A DNA stretch of 64,000 nt from an uncultured Candidatus Binatia bacterium (GCA_965218425.1 OZ244621.1:3008001-3072000); one strand, 5' to 3'. Positions 19,354 to 29,749 are shown, numbered from the stretch's first letter. Translations and numbers: made by a program. Notes: a model not told the origin generated them from the letters alone.

Positions 19354-21513
19354 ATGGCGGTTTTCTTGCAGGTAGAAGAGTGTCCTGCCGCCTATTCGGC
19401 TCAGGGACGTGTGCTTCTGGATCCGGAGATCATGAAAAAAAACGGTATCAAAGCGGACGATGCCGTGGAGGTGGAGACCAACAATGGCCGGAGTGTTCTG
19501 GCGCGGGTGGCCAAGCCACAAGAAGAGGATGAAGGGAAGAAATACATCCGCATGGATCAGTACCTCAGGCATTCCACCAAGAGCCTCTTGGGTGACTGGG
19601 TTTCGGTGGTTCCCATTCAGATGAAGACGGTAAGCAGGGTTACCCTCGCTCCCTTCGTTAATATCTCTGACATCAAAGGGGTCGATGCCTATCTGATCAA
19701 GAATTTTGCCTCTAAGGGATTGCTGGTCAGTGACGGGCAGGTCCTCTACGCGACGTTGCCGGGGCAGAGTCAGGGCACCGCGTTCAAGGTCACTGAGATT
19801 GAGCCGGAAGCCGGCCTGATGACGGCAGAAACAAAACTCGACCTGGACTATGTGTTCTCGTCATGGGGCCAGGTCTCGGATCAGGTCACCTTTGAGGACG
19901 TAGGAGGTCTCCAAAAGGAAATCGGTCTTATACGGGAACTGGTGGAACTCCCGTTGCTCTTTCCGGATGTCTTTCGTCACCTTGGCATCAATCCGCCCCG
20001 TGGAATTATCCTGTACGGTCCGCCGGGGAGCGGCAAGAGCCACACGGCCAGGGCCATTGCCAATGAGATCAATGCAAAGTTTCTTTACATCAATGGTCCC
20101 GATATCGTGAGCTCGGTGTATGGTGAGACGGAATCCAACTTGCGTAAAATTTTTGAGGAGGCGTCCCATCATCTCCCTTCGATCATTTTTATTGACGAGG
20201 TGGACGCCATCGCACCTATGCGGGGGGAAAGCGGCTCGCATTCCGACACCCGGATGGTGGGCCAGCTTTTGGAGTTGATGGACGGCCTTAACCGAGTAGA
20301 GGGGATAATAGTCCTGGGGACCACCAATAGGGTGGAGTCTCTGGACAAGGCCATACGACGTCCCGGCCGATTCGATAGAGAGATCTTCATTGGACCGCCC
20401 GATGCTCAAGGGAGATTGGAGATACTACAGATCCATAGCCGGGGCATGCCGCTTGCCGAAGGAATATTTGAGACCTTGAGGGAGGTGGCACGTGTTACCC
20501 ATGGCTTTGTGGGGGCGGACCTGATGGAGCTGTGTCGTGAGAGCGGGCTGAACTGCCTGAGAAGGATCATGGGGGATCGGCGCCTTTCGCCGGCACGATT
20601 CAAGGTAGGTCTCGACGATCTGGTGGTTACGGGTGAGGATTTTACCAAGGCCGCAGGCCTGATTCGACCCTCTGCCATGCGGGAGACCATCACCAGCATT
20701 CCTGATGTTGGATGGGACGACATCGGCGGATTGGAAGTGGTCAAGAATAAACTTCGCGATCTGGTGGAAAAGCCGCTGGTGGACCCGGAGGCCTTTCGCG
20801 CAACGAATATCCGTCCCCCCACTGGAATTCTCCTCTATGGACCTCCGGGTACAGGGAAGACCCTTCTAGCCAAGGCCATCGCACGGGAGTCGGGGGCGAA
20901 CTTCCTCTATATCCGGGGGCCTGAGGTGTTCAGTAAGTGGCTGGGAGAATCGGAAGAGAGTGTTCGTCACGCCTTTCAGGTGGCCCGGCAGGTGGCCCCA
21001 GCGGTCATTCTATTCGATCAAATCGATGCCATTGCTCCAAGCCGGCGCGCCGACAGTGATACGAAGGCTTCCGAACGGGTCGTCAACCAAATCCTGACCG
21101 AAATGGATTCCATTGATAACTATAGTCGCATTGTCGTGGTGGCGGCATCCAACCGGCTGGATTTGTTGGATCCGGCAATTCTTCGACCTGGACGATTTGG
21201 GGTCCACATTCACGTGCCCCTACCTGAGTTGACCGATCGTAAAGCTATCCTGGAGTCCAAATTGAAGAAGGCTTCGTTCAAGAACAACGATAATCGAAAG
21301 AAGGTTGTCGTTGAAGTGGCAGAAAAAACTGAAGGGTTCTCAGGCGCTGAGCTTGAAGCGCTTTGCAATGAAGCACAGCTCATCTCCCTCAAGGAAAACA
21401 ACTATGCAGGAACAAATAAACTTGAGGTGATTCATTTCCTTCGGGCGCTGGACGATATGGAAAAGGCCCGGGAGATCTACCACGCCGAGAAGAAGGAATT
21501 GTCCCTGAGTTGA
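19354..21513 (+). CDS. Cdc48/p97/VAT-family double AAA+ ATPase with N-domain
   Basis: N-domain (..IRMD..LR..), TFEDVGG, ELVELPL, GPPGSGKS, IFIDEVD, RRPGRFD, PSAMRE, WDDIGG, GPPGTGKT, SKWLGESE, LRPGRF. Confidence 0.92.
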   Translation: MAVFLQVEECPAAYSAQGRVLLDPEIMKKNGIKADDAVEVETNNGRSVLARVAKPQEEDEGKKYIRMDQYLRHSTKSLLGDWVSVVPIQMKTVSRVTLAPFVNISDIKGVDAYLIKNFASKGLLVSDGQVLYATLPGQSQGTAFKVTEIEPEAGLMTAETKLDLDYVFSSWGQVSDQVTFEDVGGLQKEIGLIRELVELPLLFPDVFRHLGINPPRGIILYGPPGSGKSHTARAIANEINAKFLYINGPDIVSSVYGETESNLRKIFEEASHHLPSIIFIDEVDAIAPMRGESGSHSDTRMVGQLLELMDGLNRVEGIIVLGTTNRVESLDKAIRRPGRFDREIFIGPPDAQGRLEILQIHSRGMPLAEGIFETLREVARVTHGFVGADLMELCRESGLNCLRRIMGDRRLSPARFKVGLDDLVVTGEDFTKAAGLIRPSAMRETITSIPDVGWDDIGGLEVVKNKLRDLVEKPLVDPEAFRATNIRPPTGILLYGPPGTGKTLLAKAIARESGANFLYIRGPEVFSKWLGESEESVRHAFQVARQVAPAVILFDQIDAIAPSRRADSDTKASERVVNQILTEMDSIDNYSRIVVVAASNRLDLLDPAILRPGRFGVHIHVPLPELTDRKAILESKLKKASFKNNDNRKKVVVEVAEKTEGFSGAELEALCNEAQLISLKENNYAGTNKLEVIHFLRALDDMEKAREIYHAEKKELSLS

Positions 21514-21585
21514 TCAAGCAAAGCGTTGATTTCGGGTGAGTCGGACAGGCCGTATTGATTCATTCCCAGGAAGAAGAGGGGGGAC

Positions 21586-22332
21586 ATGGCGAAACAGTCA
21601 ATAGTGAAGGATTTAAAAGATCGATTAATGGATGGAATCAAGGTGTTAACAGGGGAACAGGTTTTGACCGGCTCGGGGCATCTAAGCGTCAGAATCCCGG
21701 GAACGGATACTTTCTTGATCAACCCCAGGTACGCGGGAATTCTTGCCGACGTCAAGGATATCTGCACGGTCAACATGTCCGGCCAACGAGTTTCGGGTTC
21801 GGAGCCCATCCCCCTGGAAATACCCATTCACGCCGTGGTGTATCGGGCCAGGCATGACGTCATGAGTGTCCTTCACTGTCACGCCCGCTATGCCGTCATG
21901 GTGGGACTGCTGGATTCGGGGCTGGTCCCGTTTCACCGGGAGGCCAGGGCCTTCGAGGCCGGCGTGCCCGTATTTCCCGACAGCAACGGAATCAACAATG
22001 CGGCTCTTGCTCAACGGATGGTGGAGAGCCTGGGGTGGCACTCCGCAGTGTTTCTCAGGGGACATGGGATCGTTGTGACAGGAAAGAGCATAGAAGGGAC
22101 CTGTGTCTCCGCCATTCAGTTGGAGCGGGCCTGTGCGGATCAACTCCTCATGTCGAGTTCCACAACCATCAAGCCCTTAACCGAGGAATACACCACCAAG
22201 GTGCCGGGCAAGGATGAGAATCCCTACCGGGCCTGGCCATTCCTCCTGTATAAACACAAGGTCAGGTCCCGGCAGGCGATCAAATCCACCACGAAGAAAA
22301 TGATCAAAACCTTGTGGCCGGATGAGAGGTAA
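21586..22332 (+). CDS. Class II aldolase/adducin family protein
   Basis: GHLSVR, PLEIPIH, VLHCH, LRGHG metal-binding motifs. Confidence 0.9.
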   Translation: MAKQSIVKDLKDRLMDGIKVLTGEQVLTGSGHLSVRIPGTDTFLINPRYAGILADVKDICTVNMSGQRVSGSEPIPLEIPIHAVVYRARHDVMSVLHCHARYAVMVGLLDSGLVPFHREARAFEAGVPVFPDSNGINNAALAQRMVESLGWHSAVFLRGHGIVVTGKSIEGTCVSAIQLERACADQLLMSSSTTIKPLTEEYTTKVPGKDENPYRAWPFLLYKHKVRSRQAIKSTTKKMIKTLWPDER

Positions 22333-22463
22333 TCAGATGAGCTGCTTTCTTTCGGCCCGTAAAACACAATTAAAGCGTCGTTTAGTTTCTTTCTGGAATG
22401 AAAACATTTCTTAGGCACCTAATCATTGGGCACCGTTTTGTAGGATAAATACTACAAAACGTA

Positions 22464-22846
22464 TCAACCCAACCTCTTTAATTCCGCTTCCGCCTGCTCC
22501 AACCACAATCCCATTTGCATTGCCCGTATCATTGAGATTGCAGTCGTGAGGTGTCTCTTTGCTTGCTCCGGATTATCTATCCGCCGATACAGTCTTCCCG
22601 GACCGAGATGACACTGGGCCATGGGCGGGCGCGTGCCGAGTTCTTCAGCAAGGGCGAGAGCTTGATGATAGTAGTCTTCAGCTTCCCCCAACACTAGGGG
22701 GATCCATTAGCCCCGCCAGCGGATAGCCCTTGGTGAGCCACGCCATAGGGAGCGAATCGCCTTGAAGTCTCCTGCCGCTCTGACCCACGACCTCCTCTAG
22801 GAGCTCGATAGCCTGGGCGACCCGACCTGAGTTGAGATACAAGGGA
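22464..22846 (-). pseudogene. C-terminal TPR remnant of an adenylate/guanylate cyclase-AAA-TPR protein, truncated at IS481
   Basis: AEDYYHQALALAEELGTRP..AQCHLG.GRLYR..AK.HLTTA..M.RAM.M..WLEQAEAEL is the characteristic C-terminus. The upstream part lies in another frame and ends at the IS. Confidence 0.7.
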
Positions 22847-23954
22847 TGAACTGGATCAAACACATGTGAGACAGATTTAAGCTACAAAGGAGAGGTTTTG
22901 TAAGTATAAAGAAAGGACCCCTCCATGAGCTACTTTGGACTGAACTGGCAATTTAACTGGGCTTGCCGTCATCTCCACACTAACCTCTCGCCCAAAGAGC
23001 GCGATCGACTTAGAGCCCTCCTTCTGTGGCAGGAGACCAAAGACATAAAGCTTACCTACCGCACTTTTGACCTGAGCCGACCCACTGTTTACCTCCGGCT
23101 CCAACGCTTTGATCCCAACGACCTCGGCTCCCTTCGAGAGCGTTCTCGCAAACCGCACCGGTTCACACAGCCCCAATGGCCCCTGGCCCTCAAGCAGGCA
23201 ATACTACGCTTAACAGAGCAATATCCCCGCTGGGGTAAAAACAAACTCGTAGTGCTACTTCAAAACGAAGGCTTTGAGGTCTGTGCTCCTACCGTGGGCC
23301 GTATTCTCAGCTCTGTCAGGCAGCGCGGACAACTCATAGAGCCAAAACCCCAAGCTATCTCCACAAAAAGACGGCGTAAGCTAAGACCCTACGCTATCGG
23401 TAAACCCAAAGACTATCAGCCCCTTTACCCTGGCGACCTGGTTCAAATCGACACCCTCGACATCGGTCCCGTGCCAGGCGTGATCCTCAAACAGTTCACT
23501 GCCCGCGATGTGGTCTCGCGCTGGGACGTACTCAAAGTTCATCGTCAAGCTAGCGCCCCCCTAGCCGCCTCGTTCATCGATACCATCAAGGCTCGTATGC
23601 CCTTTGCCGTACGTGCCTTTCAGGTCGATGGAGGCTCAGAGTTGTTCTCTGACTTTGAGACCCACTGCCAACAACATGGCATCCGGTTGTTCGTCGTGGG
23701 GCCTAAAAGTCCTAAGCTCAATGGTGCTGTGCAACGGGCTAACCGTACTCACACTGAGGAGTTCTATGAGGTCCAACAGTGTGCTTGGACCGTTGAGGCT
23801 CTTAACCAATCAACTGCTCGAATGGGAACGGACCTACAATACGGTACGGCCCCACCAGGCACTTAATTACTTAACTCCCTTGCAATATCTCCAAGACCGA
23901 GGCATCGTATCCTCCAAAAATCCCTCCCTGTCTCATATGTACTGATCCACTACA
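22847..23954 (+). mobile_element. IS481-family insertion sequence
   Basis: Imperfect terminal IRs: TGAACTGGATCAAACACATGTGAGACAG (left) vs TGTAGTGGATCAGTACATATGAGACAG (right, reverse complement). They enclose an integrase-core transposase. Confidence 0.8.
22925..23945 (+). pseudogene. IS481-family transposase, frameshifted
   Basis: HTH region, PRWG, PGDLVQID, QVDGGSE, SPKLNGAVQR (expected catalytic E is Q). Frameshift near 23810, after which YNTVRPHQAL..LTP continues in another frame. Confidence 0.85.
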
Positions 23955-23959
23955 GGGGA

Positions 23960-23988
23960 TTGACAACAGCCAACGCACGGGGTATTTT
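23960..23988 (+). promoter_or_regulatory. sigma70-type promoter
   Basis: TTGACA-N17-TATTTT immediately right of the IS end, upstream of 24120. Confidence 0.55.
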
Positions 23989-24119
23989 TTCTAGATGCTC
24001 GCTTAGGCAGGCAATAACGTTTCAGTGGATTTCCGTGGGTAGCGACTAGCGCTACGAGCGCTCCAGGGGAAGGACCCGTAGCATCGGCGGCGCACACACC
24101 ACTGAAGAAAGTAAGGCGT

Positions 24120-25226
24120 ATGGGTTGGATAGACTCGGACGCGCACGTAGTGGAGACGACTCAGACGTGGGACTACCTCTCGGCCTCGGAGCAACGGCTC
24201 CGCCCCCTGCCCGTCTTCACCGATCGCGAGAACTCCAAGCAGCGGGCCTGGCTGATCGATGGCAAGATCGGCGGCCTCCACAACGAGCCTCTCTCCGCTG
24301 AGGAGTTTGCGGAGCTCTCTCGTCGCATGTCGGGCAGGCAGATGGCGACGACGAAGGAAACCCGCGAGATGGGGGACGTCGAAGCCCGCGTGGCCCACAT
24401 GAATGAGCTGGGGATTGAGATCCAGGTCGTCTACCCCACCTTCTTTCTGGGCCCTTATGCCGATCGGCCCCAGGTCGAGGTGGCGCTCTGTGGCGCCTAC
24501 AACCGGTGGATGGCGGACGTCTGGAAGCAAGGAAAGGGCCGCATCCGCTGGATGTGTGTGCTGCCCTTCCTGAGCATTTCCGACGCCCTGGACCAAATGC
24601 GGTTCGGAAAAGAGCATGGTGCCTGTGGCATCTTCATGCGGCCCATCGAGGGCCACCGTCGCCCGGTCGATCCCTATTTCTACCCGGTGTACGAGCAAGC
24701 GTCGCAACTTGACCTGTGCATCGGATTCCACCAGTCCAACGGGAGCTATAACATCTTTGATTTCTTCCGTCCGCCCCAAGGGGGCAACGACTTCTTCGTG
24801 CAGTACCGGATGTTCTGCGTAGCAGCCTTCTTCTCCATCGTCAGGGCCGGCTTGCCGGAGCAGTTCCCGCATCTGCGCATGGGGATCATCGAGTGTGCGG
24901 CCTCATGGCTCCCCTGGCTCCTCACGCACCTCCACGGCCTGACGAGCCTTGCGGGTGGCAAGCTGCCCGAGGACCTGCTCAAGGAGTACCGGCTGTTCGT
25001 GACATGCCAGAACGACGACGACGTGCCCTACCTGGTGAACAGCGCCGGAGAGGACAACCTGCTGGTGGGGACGGACTACGGCCACCGGGACTTCTCCACG
25101 CAGATTGACGCGCTGCGGCTGTTGACGGAGAATGGGCGGCTCAGCCCGAGCGCGGTGAACAAGATCGTCGACGACAACGGCAGGACCTTCTATGGCCTGG
25201 AGCAGGTTGCCTCTAGAAGCCCGTGA
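24120..25226 (+). CDS. Amidohydrolase_2 family protein
   Basis: IDSDAHV, YPT, AYNRW, FYPVY, GFH, FPHL..IE, GTDYGH. Codons are visibly more G/C-ending than in neighbouring genes. Confidence 0.9.
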   Translation: MGWIDSDAHVVETTQTWDYLSASEQRLRPLPVFTDRENSKQRAWLIDGKIGGLHNEPLSAEEFAELSRRMSGRQMATTKETREMGDVEARVAHMNELGIEIQVVYPTFFLGPYADRPQVEVALCGAYNRWMADVWKQGKGRIRWMCVLPFLSISDALDQMRFGKEHGACGIFMRPIEGHRRPVDPYFYPVYEQASQLDLCIGFHQSNGSYNIFDFFRPPQGGNDFFVQYRMFCVAAFFSIVRAGLPEQFPHLRMGIIECAASWLPWLLTHLHGLTSLAGGKLPEDLLKEYRLFVTCQNDDDVPYLVNSAGEDNLLVGTDYGHRDFSTQIDALRLLTENGRLSPSAVNKIVDDNGRTFYGLEQVASRSP

Positions 25227-25324
25227 GACACCGGCCTTGGCCCTGTCAATGCTGATTGCAGAACAGCACAGTAGTCCCAGCTATCGATAAGGTTTAGGAA
25301 TTCAAGAAAAAAGGAAGGCATGAC

Positions 25325-26506
25325 ATGAATACAGGATGGTCAAAGCGAATAGTGTTTTCTGTGGCAGGCGCAGTCTTGCTTGGTCTTGTGGTTGCATGTT
25401 CGGATGAAGAGTCAGCCACCGGTACTCCTAGTGCCCCGGTTGCTCCCGCCGCTTCCGCATCGAATGAACAGCAAATGTCGCTGCCGCAGTCGGGCCCAGC
25501 GCTCACCCCCGCAATGAAGCAACTCATCAAAGACGCTCAGGCCGAGGGCACCCTCGACATAACGGAGACAATCTTGGGCGAACCTAAGTTCCTGAGCGAC
25601 GTTGAGAAGGCGATGAATACCAAGTACGGCATCAAAATTCGTCTCGAAGCAGGGGCCGGGTCATTCATGGGCGCAATGGTGTCGCGCATCGTTGAGGAAC
25701 GGAAAGCAGGACAACCCCCGTCGTCCGACGTGCTCTACGTGAGCCCTCAATCACAACTCAATTTGAGTAGGGGAGGGGGCGTGGTTACGGGAATCAACTG
25801 GAAGCAGTATGACCCTGCCATCACAGACTTCGAGATTGTTGACGATAGTTCCGGGCTGATATTGTTCGCCGACTCCATTGGGCTCGTCTACAACACAGAG
25901 GTTATCGCACCGAAGGACGTGCCCAAAACCGTGGAGGAGCTGCAGGACCCGAAGTGGAAGGGGCTGGTGACCACGACGCCATACGGCACCGGTTGGGGAG
26001 AATGGGCGTTCTTCGTTGGGCCGGACAAAGCCTTTGAGGTGGCGAGGGGGATAGCCAAGAATGTTGGAGGGACGACTGGGAGCACCGACTTTGGGCCCAT
26101 CATCTCGGGTCAGTTCCCGATAATGGCCTGGACCGGGAGCACACAGAAGGCACTAATGGACAAGGAAAAGGGCGCCCCCATTGACATTGTCCGCCCAGAT
26201 TTCGTGTATTTCCTGTCCTCGGTCGTCGTCATCGATGGAACGCCTCATCCGAACCTGGCGAAGCTCTTCATCCTCTTCCTCCGCACGACAGAGGGTCAAG
26301 ACATCCTTTGGAAACATAACCGCCAAGACTCTCCCTATTTGATGGGGCGTCATATCTGGGCTCAAATCCAGGATGCTCTCGACAACCCGAATGTTCGCAT
26401 CCATTTGGAGACCCAAAGCTCGCTCAAGAAATGGCCAGGGGGCGGCCTGGACGCCTATTTCGGGTTCCGGAAGAAGATCAACAAACTCATGAAGCAAGGG
26501 GGCTAG
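25325..26506 (+). CDS. ABC transporter substrate-binding lipoprotein (AfuA/FbpA/SBP_bac_6 type)
   Basis: Lipobox LVVAC (Cys25), Ala/Pro/Ser linker, YNT, DPKWKG, PHPNLAKLF..FL.T.EGQ. Confidence 0.85.
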   Translation: MNTGWSKRIVFSVAGAVLLGLVVACSDEESATGTPSAPVAPAASASNEQQMSLPQSGPALTPAMKQLIKDAQAEGTLDITETILGEPKFLSDVEKAMNTKYGIKIRLEAGAGSFMGAMVSRIVEERKAGQPPSSDVLYVSPQSQLNLSRGGGVVTGINWKQYDPAITDFEIVDDSSGLILFADSIGLVYNTEVIAPKDVPKTVEELQDPKWKGLVTTTPYGTGWGEWAFFVGPDKAFEVARGIAKNVGGTTGSTDFGPIISGQFPIMAWTGSTQKALMDKEKGAPIDIVRPDFVYFLSSVVVIDGTPHPNLAKLFILFLRTTEGQDILWKHNRQDSPYLMGRHIWAQIQDALDNPNVRIHLETQSSLKKWPGGGLDAYFGFRKKINKLMKQGG

Positions 26507-26626
26507 AGCGCGGCCCCCCCCTGCTCGTTACCTCGGCAGGGCCGAAATGAAGAGCGGCGATCGAACGCAGTCCATGGGCACTGCATCCCCATCGGCTCAG
26601 GATCCCTGTGTTCTCCATATGATAAA

Positions 26627-28441
26627 TTGGCTAGGGCATCCCGCGCCGGGGCGAGAGATGGAGCGAGGGCGGTGGGCGTAAGTCAACCAGCACATACACG
26701 CTGGTCCCCGCAGAATCTCTCGTGGAATCTCTTGGGAGACTTGGGCAGGCGCGGCCCCATATACCTCCCTGCCTTCGTCACGATAGGGGCAGTGGTGGCC
26801 CTACTTGCCGTCATTGCGATGGTCGCGTTTCAACACCGCGTGGGCGCGACCGGCAAGGAAACGAGCTTCACCCTCGACAACTTCGTCGAAGTCTATACAA
26901 ATTCCTTTGTTTACGAGAGTTTGCTGAACACCGTTGGGTTCGCCCTTATAACGGTGGTGGTCGCGTTGGTTCTCGCAATTCCCATAGCATGGCTTTCAGA
27001 GCGGACGGACCTGCCGGGACGTTCGTTGGTCTTCCCGGTCATGACCATGACGATTATCATCCCTTCGTTCTTCACCGCGATGGGGTGGCAATTCCTCTTT
27101 GGAAACCGGGTCGGCTTCGTTAACCGATGGATTCAGCAGATCACGCCGTTGGAAGTTTCCCCCTTGAACATCAATACGGTGGTCGGTATGGGATGGGTGG
27201 AGGGATTGGGCCTGACCGCGTTGGCCTACATCATGGTTGCCGGTGTCTTCAGGGCCATGGACCCCTCCCTTGAAGAAAGCGCGCAGGTCCACGGCATTTC
27301 GCTGTTTAGGCGCCTCTGGACCGTGACGTTGCCGCTAACGTGGCCAGGCATTCTGGGGGCGGGGTTGTACTGTGTCACTATTGCCTTCGCCGCCTTTGAC
27401 GTTCCCGCAGTACTGGGCCTGACGTCAAACGTCTACACGTTCAGCACCTTCATCTTTACAGAGATAAATGACCCGAGCGGTAAAGTGCCGAACTACGGCC
27501 TCGTTGGCTCGTCCAGCGCAATCATGCTGGTCGCGGCGCTGTTCATGAGCTGGTGGTACCTGAGCGTCATCAGCAAGTCAAACCGTTACGCCGTTGTTAC
27601 AGGCAAGGGCTATCGCCCCAGTCTTATCTCACTGGGGCGCTGGTGGATTGCGGGCTGGGGTTTCATCCTTGTATACACCACCCTGAATCTCGTGCTTCCT
27701 TTCATCACACTCGTGTGGGTGTCGCTTACGCCATTTATCCAGATGCCTTCCATCAGCGCCCTCGAGGCGGTGTCTTTGGACAATTTCCGCGAGATCCCGG
27801 TGAAGGGGGTAATGCGGGCAGCCGGGAACAGCGCCATTTTGGGCATTGCCACGCCGACGCTGACCACGATAGTCGCTCTCACAATCTCTTGGATCGTAGT
27901 TCGAAGCCGCCCACGCTTCGCCCCGGCGATGGATGTGCTGGCGTTCCTGCCGCACGTCGTGCCCAACCTGATCTTCGCGGTGGGCGCATTGCTGTTGGCG
28001 CTGTTGTTCCTACCGAAGTGGACTGGCATTTATGGGAGCGTCAATATTATCTTGTTGGTGTATGTAGTGACGAGGATCAGTTTCGCCACTCGCATTTACA
28101 ACAGCTCCTTGTTGCAAATCCACCGAGACTTAGAAGACGCCGGCTATGTTTTCGGCCTTGACTCCGTGCGGGTGCTGTGGCACATCTTTACACCCTTGAT
28201 TCGCCCGGTGTTAGTGTACATTTGGCTATGGATGGGGCTCATAACACTGCGTGAGCTCACGGTTGCCGTGTTCCTGGCATCGCCCCGGAATGCGACCATT
28301 CCGGCTTACATTTGGAGCGTCTGGGCTACCAGCGACTATAACGGGTCGGCCGCGATGTCATTGGTGTTTGTATTGGGGCTGATTCCTTTGATATTGCTCT
28401 ACTTCCTCGTAACTCGACGTTTCATAACTTCGCCCGGGTAA
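26627..28441 (+). CDS. ABC transporter permease, fused double domain (FbpB-like); start uncertain
   Basis: ERTDLPGR, MDPSLEESA.VHG, LEDAGYVFG EAA-like motifs; many TM segments. Confidence 0.88.
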   Translation: MARASRAGARDGARAVGVSQPAHTRWSPQNLSWNLLGDLGRRGPIYLPAFVTIGAVVALLAVIAMVAFQHRVGATGKETSFTLDNFVEVYTNSFVYESLLNTVGFALITVVVALVLAIPIAWLSERTDLPGRSLVFPVMTMTIIIPSFFTAMGWQFLFGNRVGFVNRWIQQITPLEVSPLNINTVVGMGWVEGLGLTALAYIMVAGVFRAMDPSLEESAQVHGISLFRRLWTVTLPLTWPGILGAGLYCVTIAFAAFDVPAVLGLTSNVYTFSTFIFTEINDPSGKVPNYGLVGSSSAIMLVAALFMSWWYLSVISKSNRYAVVTGKGYRPSLISLGRWWIAGWGFILVYTTLNLVLPFITLVWVSLTPFIQMPSISALEAVSLDNFREIPVKGVMRAAGNSAILGIATPTLTTIVALTISWIVVRSRPRFAPAMDVLAFLPHVVPNLIFAVGALLLALLFLPKWTGIYGSVNIILLVYVVTRISFATRIYNSSLLQIHRDLEDAGYVFGLDSVRVLWHIFTPLIRPVLVYIWLWMGLITLRELTVAVFLASPRNATIPAYIWSVWATSDYNGSAAMSLVFVLGLIPLILLYFLVTRRFITSPG

Positions 28442-28612
28442 AGCAATGACGGGACTCTGGGACCATCCCTCGGAGGACAGCGTTGTGCTGCCTTCTATGG
28501 TTCTGCGCTGTTGGTTGCTCGCTACTTTGCCTCCATGGGGCGAACGCCACCAGGGGTCCGTCAGCTTGACTTGTAAGTTCCGAAATTCAGAGATTGGATT
28601 GATAACTAGGGT

Positions 28613-29728
28613 GTGGAACTCATGATCACCATTCAGGATCTGGGCAAGGTATTTAAAGCCAAGGACAGTGAGGTCGTCGCCCTGCATGACCTCAACCTTC
28701 AAGTAGAACCGGGTGAGTTCTTTGTATTACTGGGGCCAAGCGGGTCCGGTAAGACAACGCTCCTTCGTTGTGTGGCAGGTTTAGAAAAAGCGGACCAGGG
28801 CGAGATGTACTTGGCTGGGAGATGCGTGTTCTCCAGTGCGCGGCGGATACTCGTGCCGGCTGAGGACCGGAAAGTTGGGATGGTATTCCAATCCTACGCC
28901 ATCTGGCCGCACCTGACGGTCTTTCAAAACGTTGCTCTTCCCCTCAGGCACGGGAAAGGCAAGATTCCCAAAGCAATGATCACAGACCGGGTGCGGCGGG
29001 CATTGGCACTGGTGGGTTTGGAAGAGATGGAGTCGCGACCGTCCCCCCTCCTTAGCGGAGGTCAGCAACAGCGAGTAGCCCTGGCCCGGGCATTAGCCAT
29101 TGAACCCTCAATCCTGCTCATGGACGAGCCCCTCAGCAACCTGGATGCCCGGCTGCGGGAGGAGGTGCGCGCCGAGATCAAGGCGCTTGTGGAGAGGTTG
29201 GGAGTCACGGTCCTTTACGTGACGCACGATCAGGCTGAGGCTATGGACCTGGCCGATCGAGTAGCGGTTATGCATCATGGTGGCGTGCTTCAACTAGGAG
29301 CGCCCGAAGATCTGTATATGTTTCCGGCTCACTCCGAAGTGGCTCAGTTCCTCGGCTCAACAAATTGGCTGCAAGGCGAGATGGGGGCTGATGAGGTAGT
29401 ACAGACCTCTGTCGGCAAATTGCACACCAAAGCGGACGGCAGGTTCGGTCCACACGATTCCGTGACGCTCGCAATCCGGCCCGAGAGCATCGAACTTCTC
29501 GCAGATGCTCCAGAGGGCGACCTCGCTGAGAACTCATTCAGCGGTGAGATCATCTCCGCCCGGTTCTTGGGAGATCACCGGCTTTATACCATTAGGGTAA
29601 ACGATGCAACGCTCCTTGTAAGGACTGCGCAATCCCAGAAGCTAACGGGCCAGGTTCACGTCAGGATAGCCAGAACAGACATCCGGCTGTTCCCCAAGGA
29701 TGCCGCTGGACAAACGGCGAACTCGTAG
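28613..29728 (+). CDS. ABC transporter ATP-binding protein (FbpC/PotA-like, TOBE domain)
   Basis: GPSGSGKT, LSGGQQQR, LMDEP, YVTHDQ. Confidence 0.93.
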   Translation: MELMITIQDLGKVFKAKDSEVVALHDLNLQVEPGEFFVLLGPSGSGKTTLLRCVAGLEKADQGEMYLAGRCVFSSARRILVPAEDRKVGMVFQSYAIWPHLTVFQNVALPLRHGKGKIPKAMITDRVRRALALVGLEEMESRPSPLLSGGQQQRVALARALAIEPSILLMDEPLSNLDARLREEVRAEIKALVERLGVTVLYVTHDQAEAMDLADRVAVMHHGGVLQLGAPEDLYMFPAHSEVAQFLGSTNWLQGEMGADEVVQTSVGKLHTKADGRFGPHDSVTLAIRPESIELLADAPEGDLAENSFSGEIISARFLGDHRLYTIRVNDATLLVRTAQSQKLTGQVHVRIARTDIRLFPKDAAGQTANS

Positions 29729-29749
29729 CAAATGCCCCGGCTCTGATTT

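Noticed and set aside
23795..23830. Programmed frameshift in the transposase
   Set aside because: There is no slippery heptamer, the shift is late in the catalytic domain, and the catalytic Glu is also lost, so decay is more likely.
24003..24872. Long antisense ORFs (also 49697-50626, 51150-51884, 59521-60369, 4895-5545)
   Set aside because: They are shadows of well-supported genes on the opposite strand and have no recognisable motifs.
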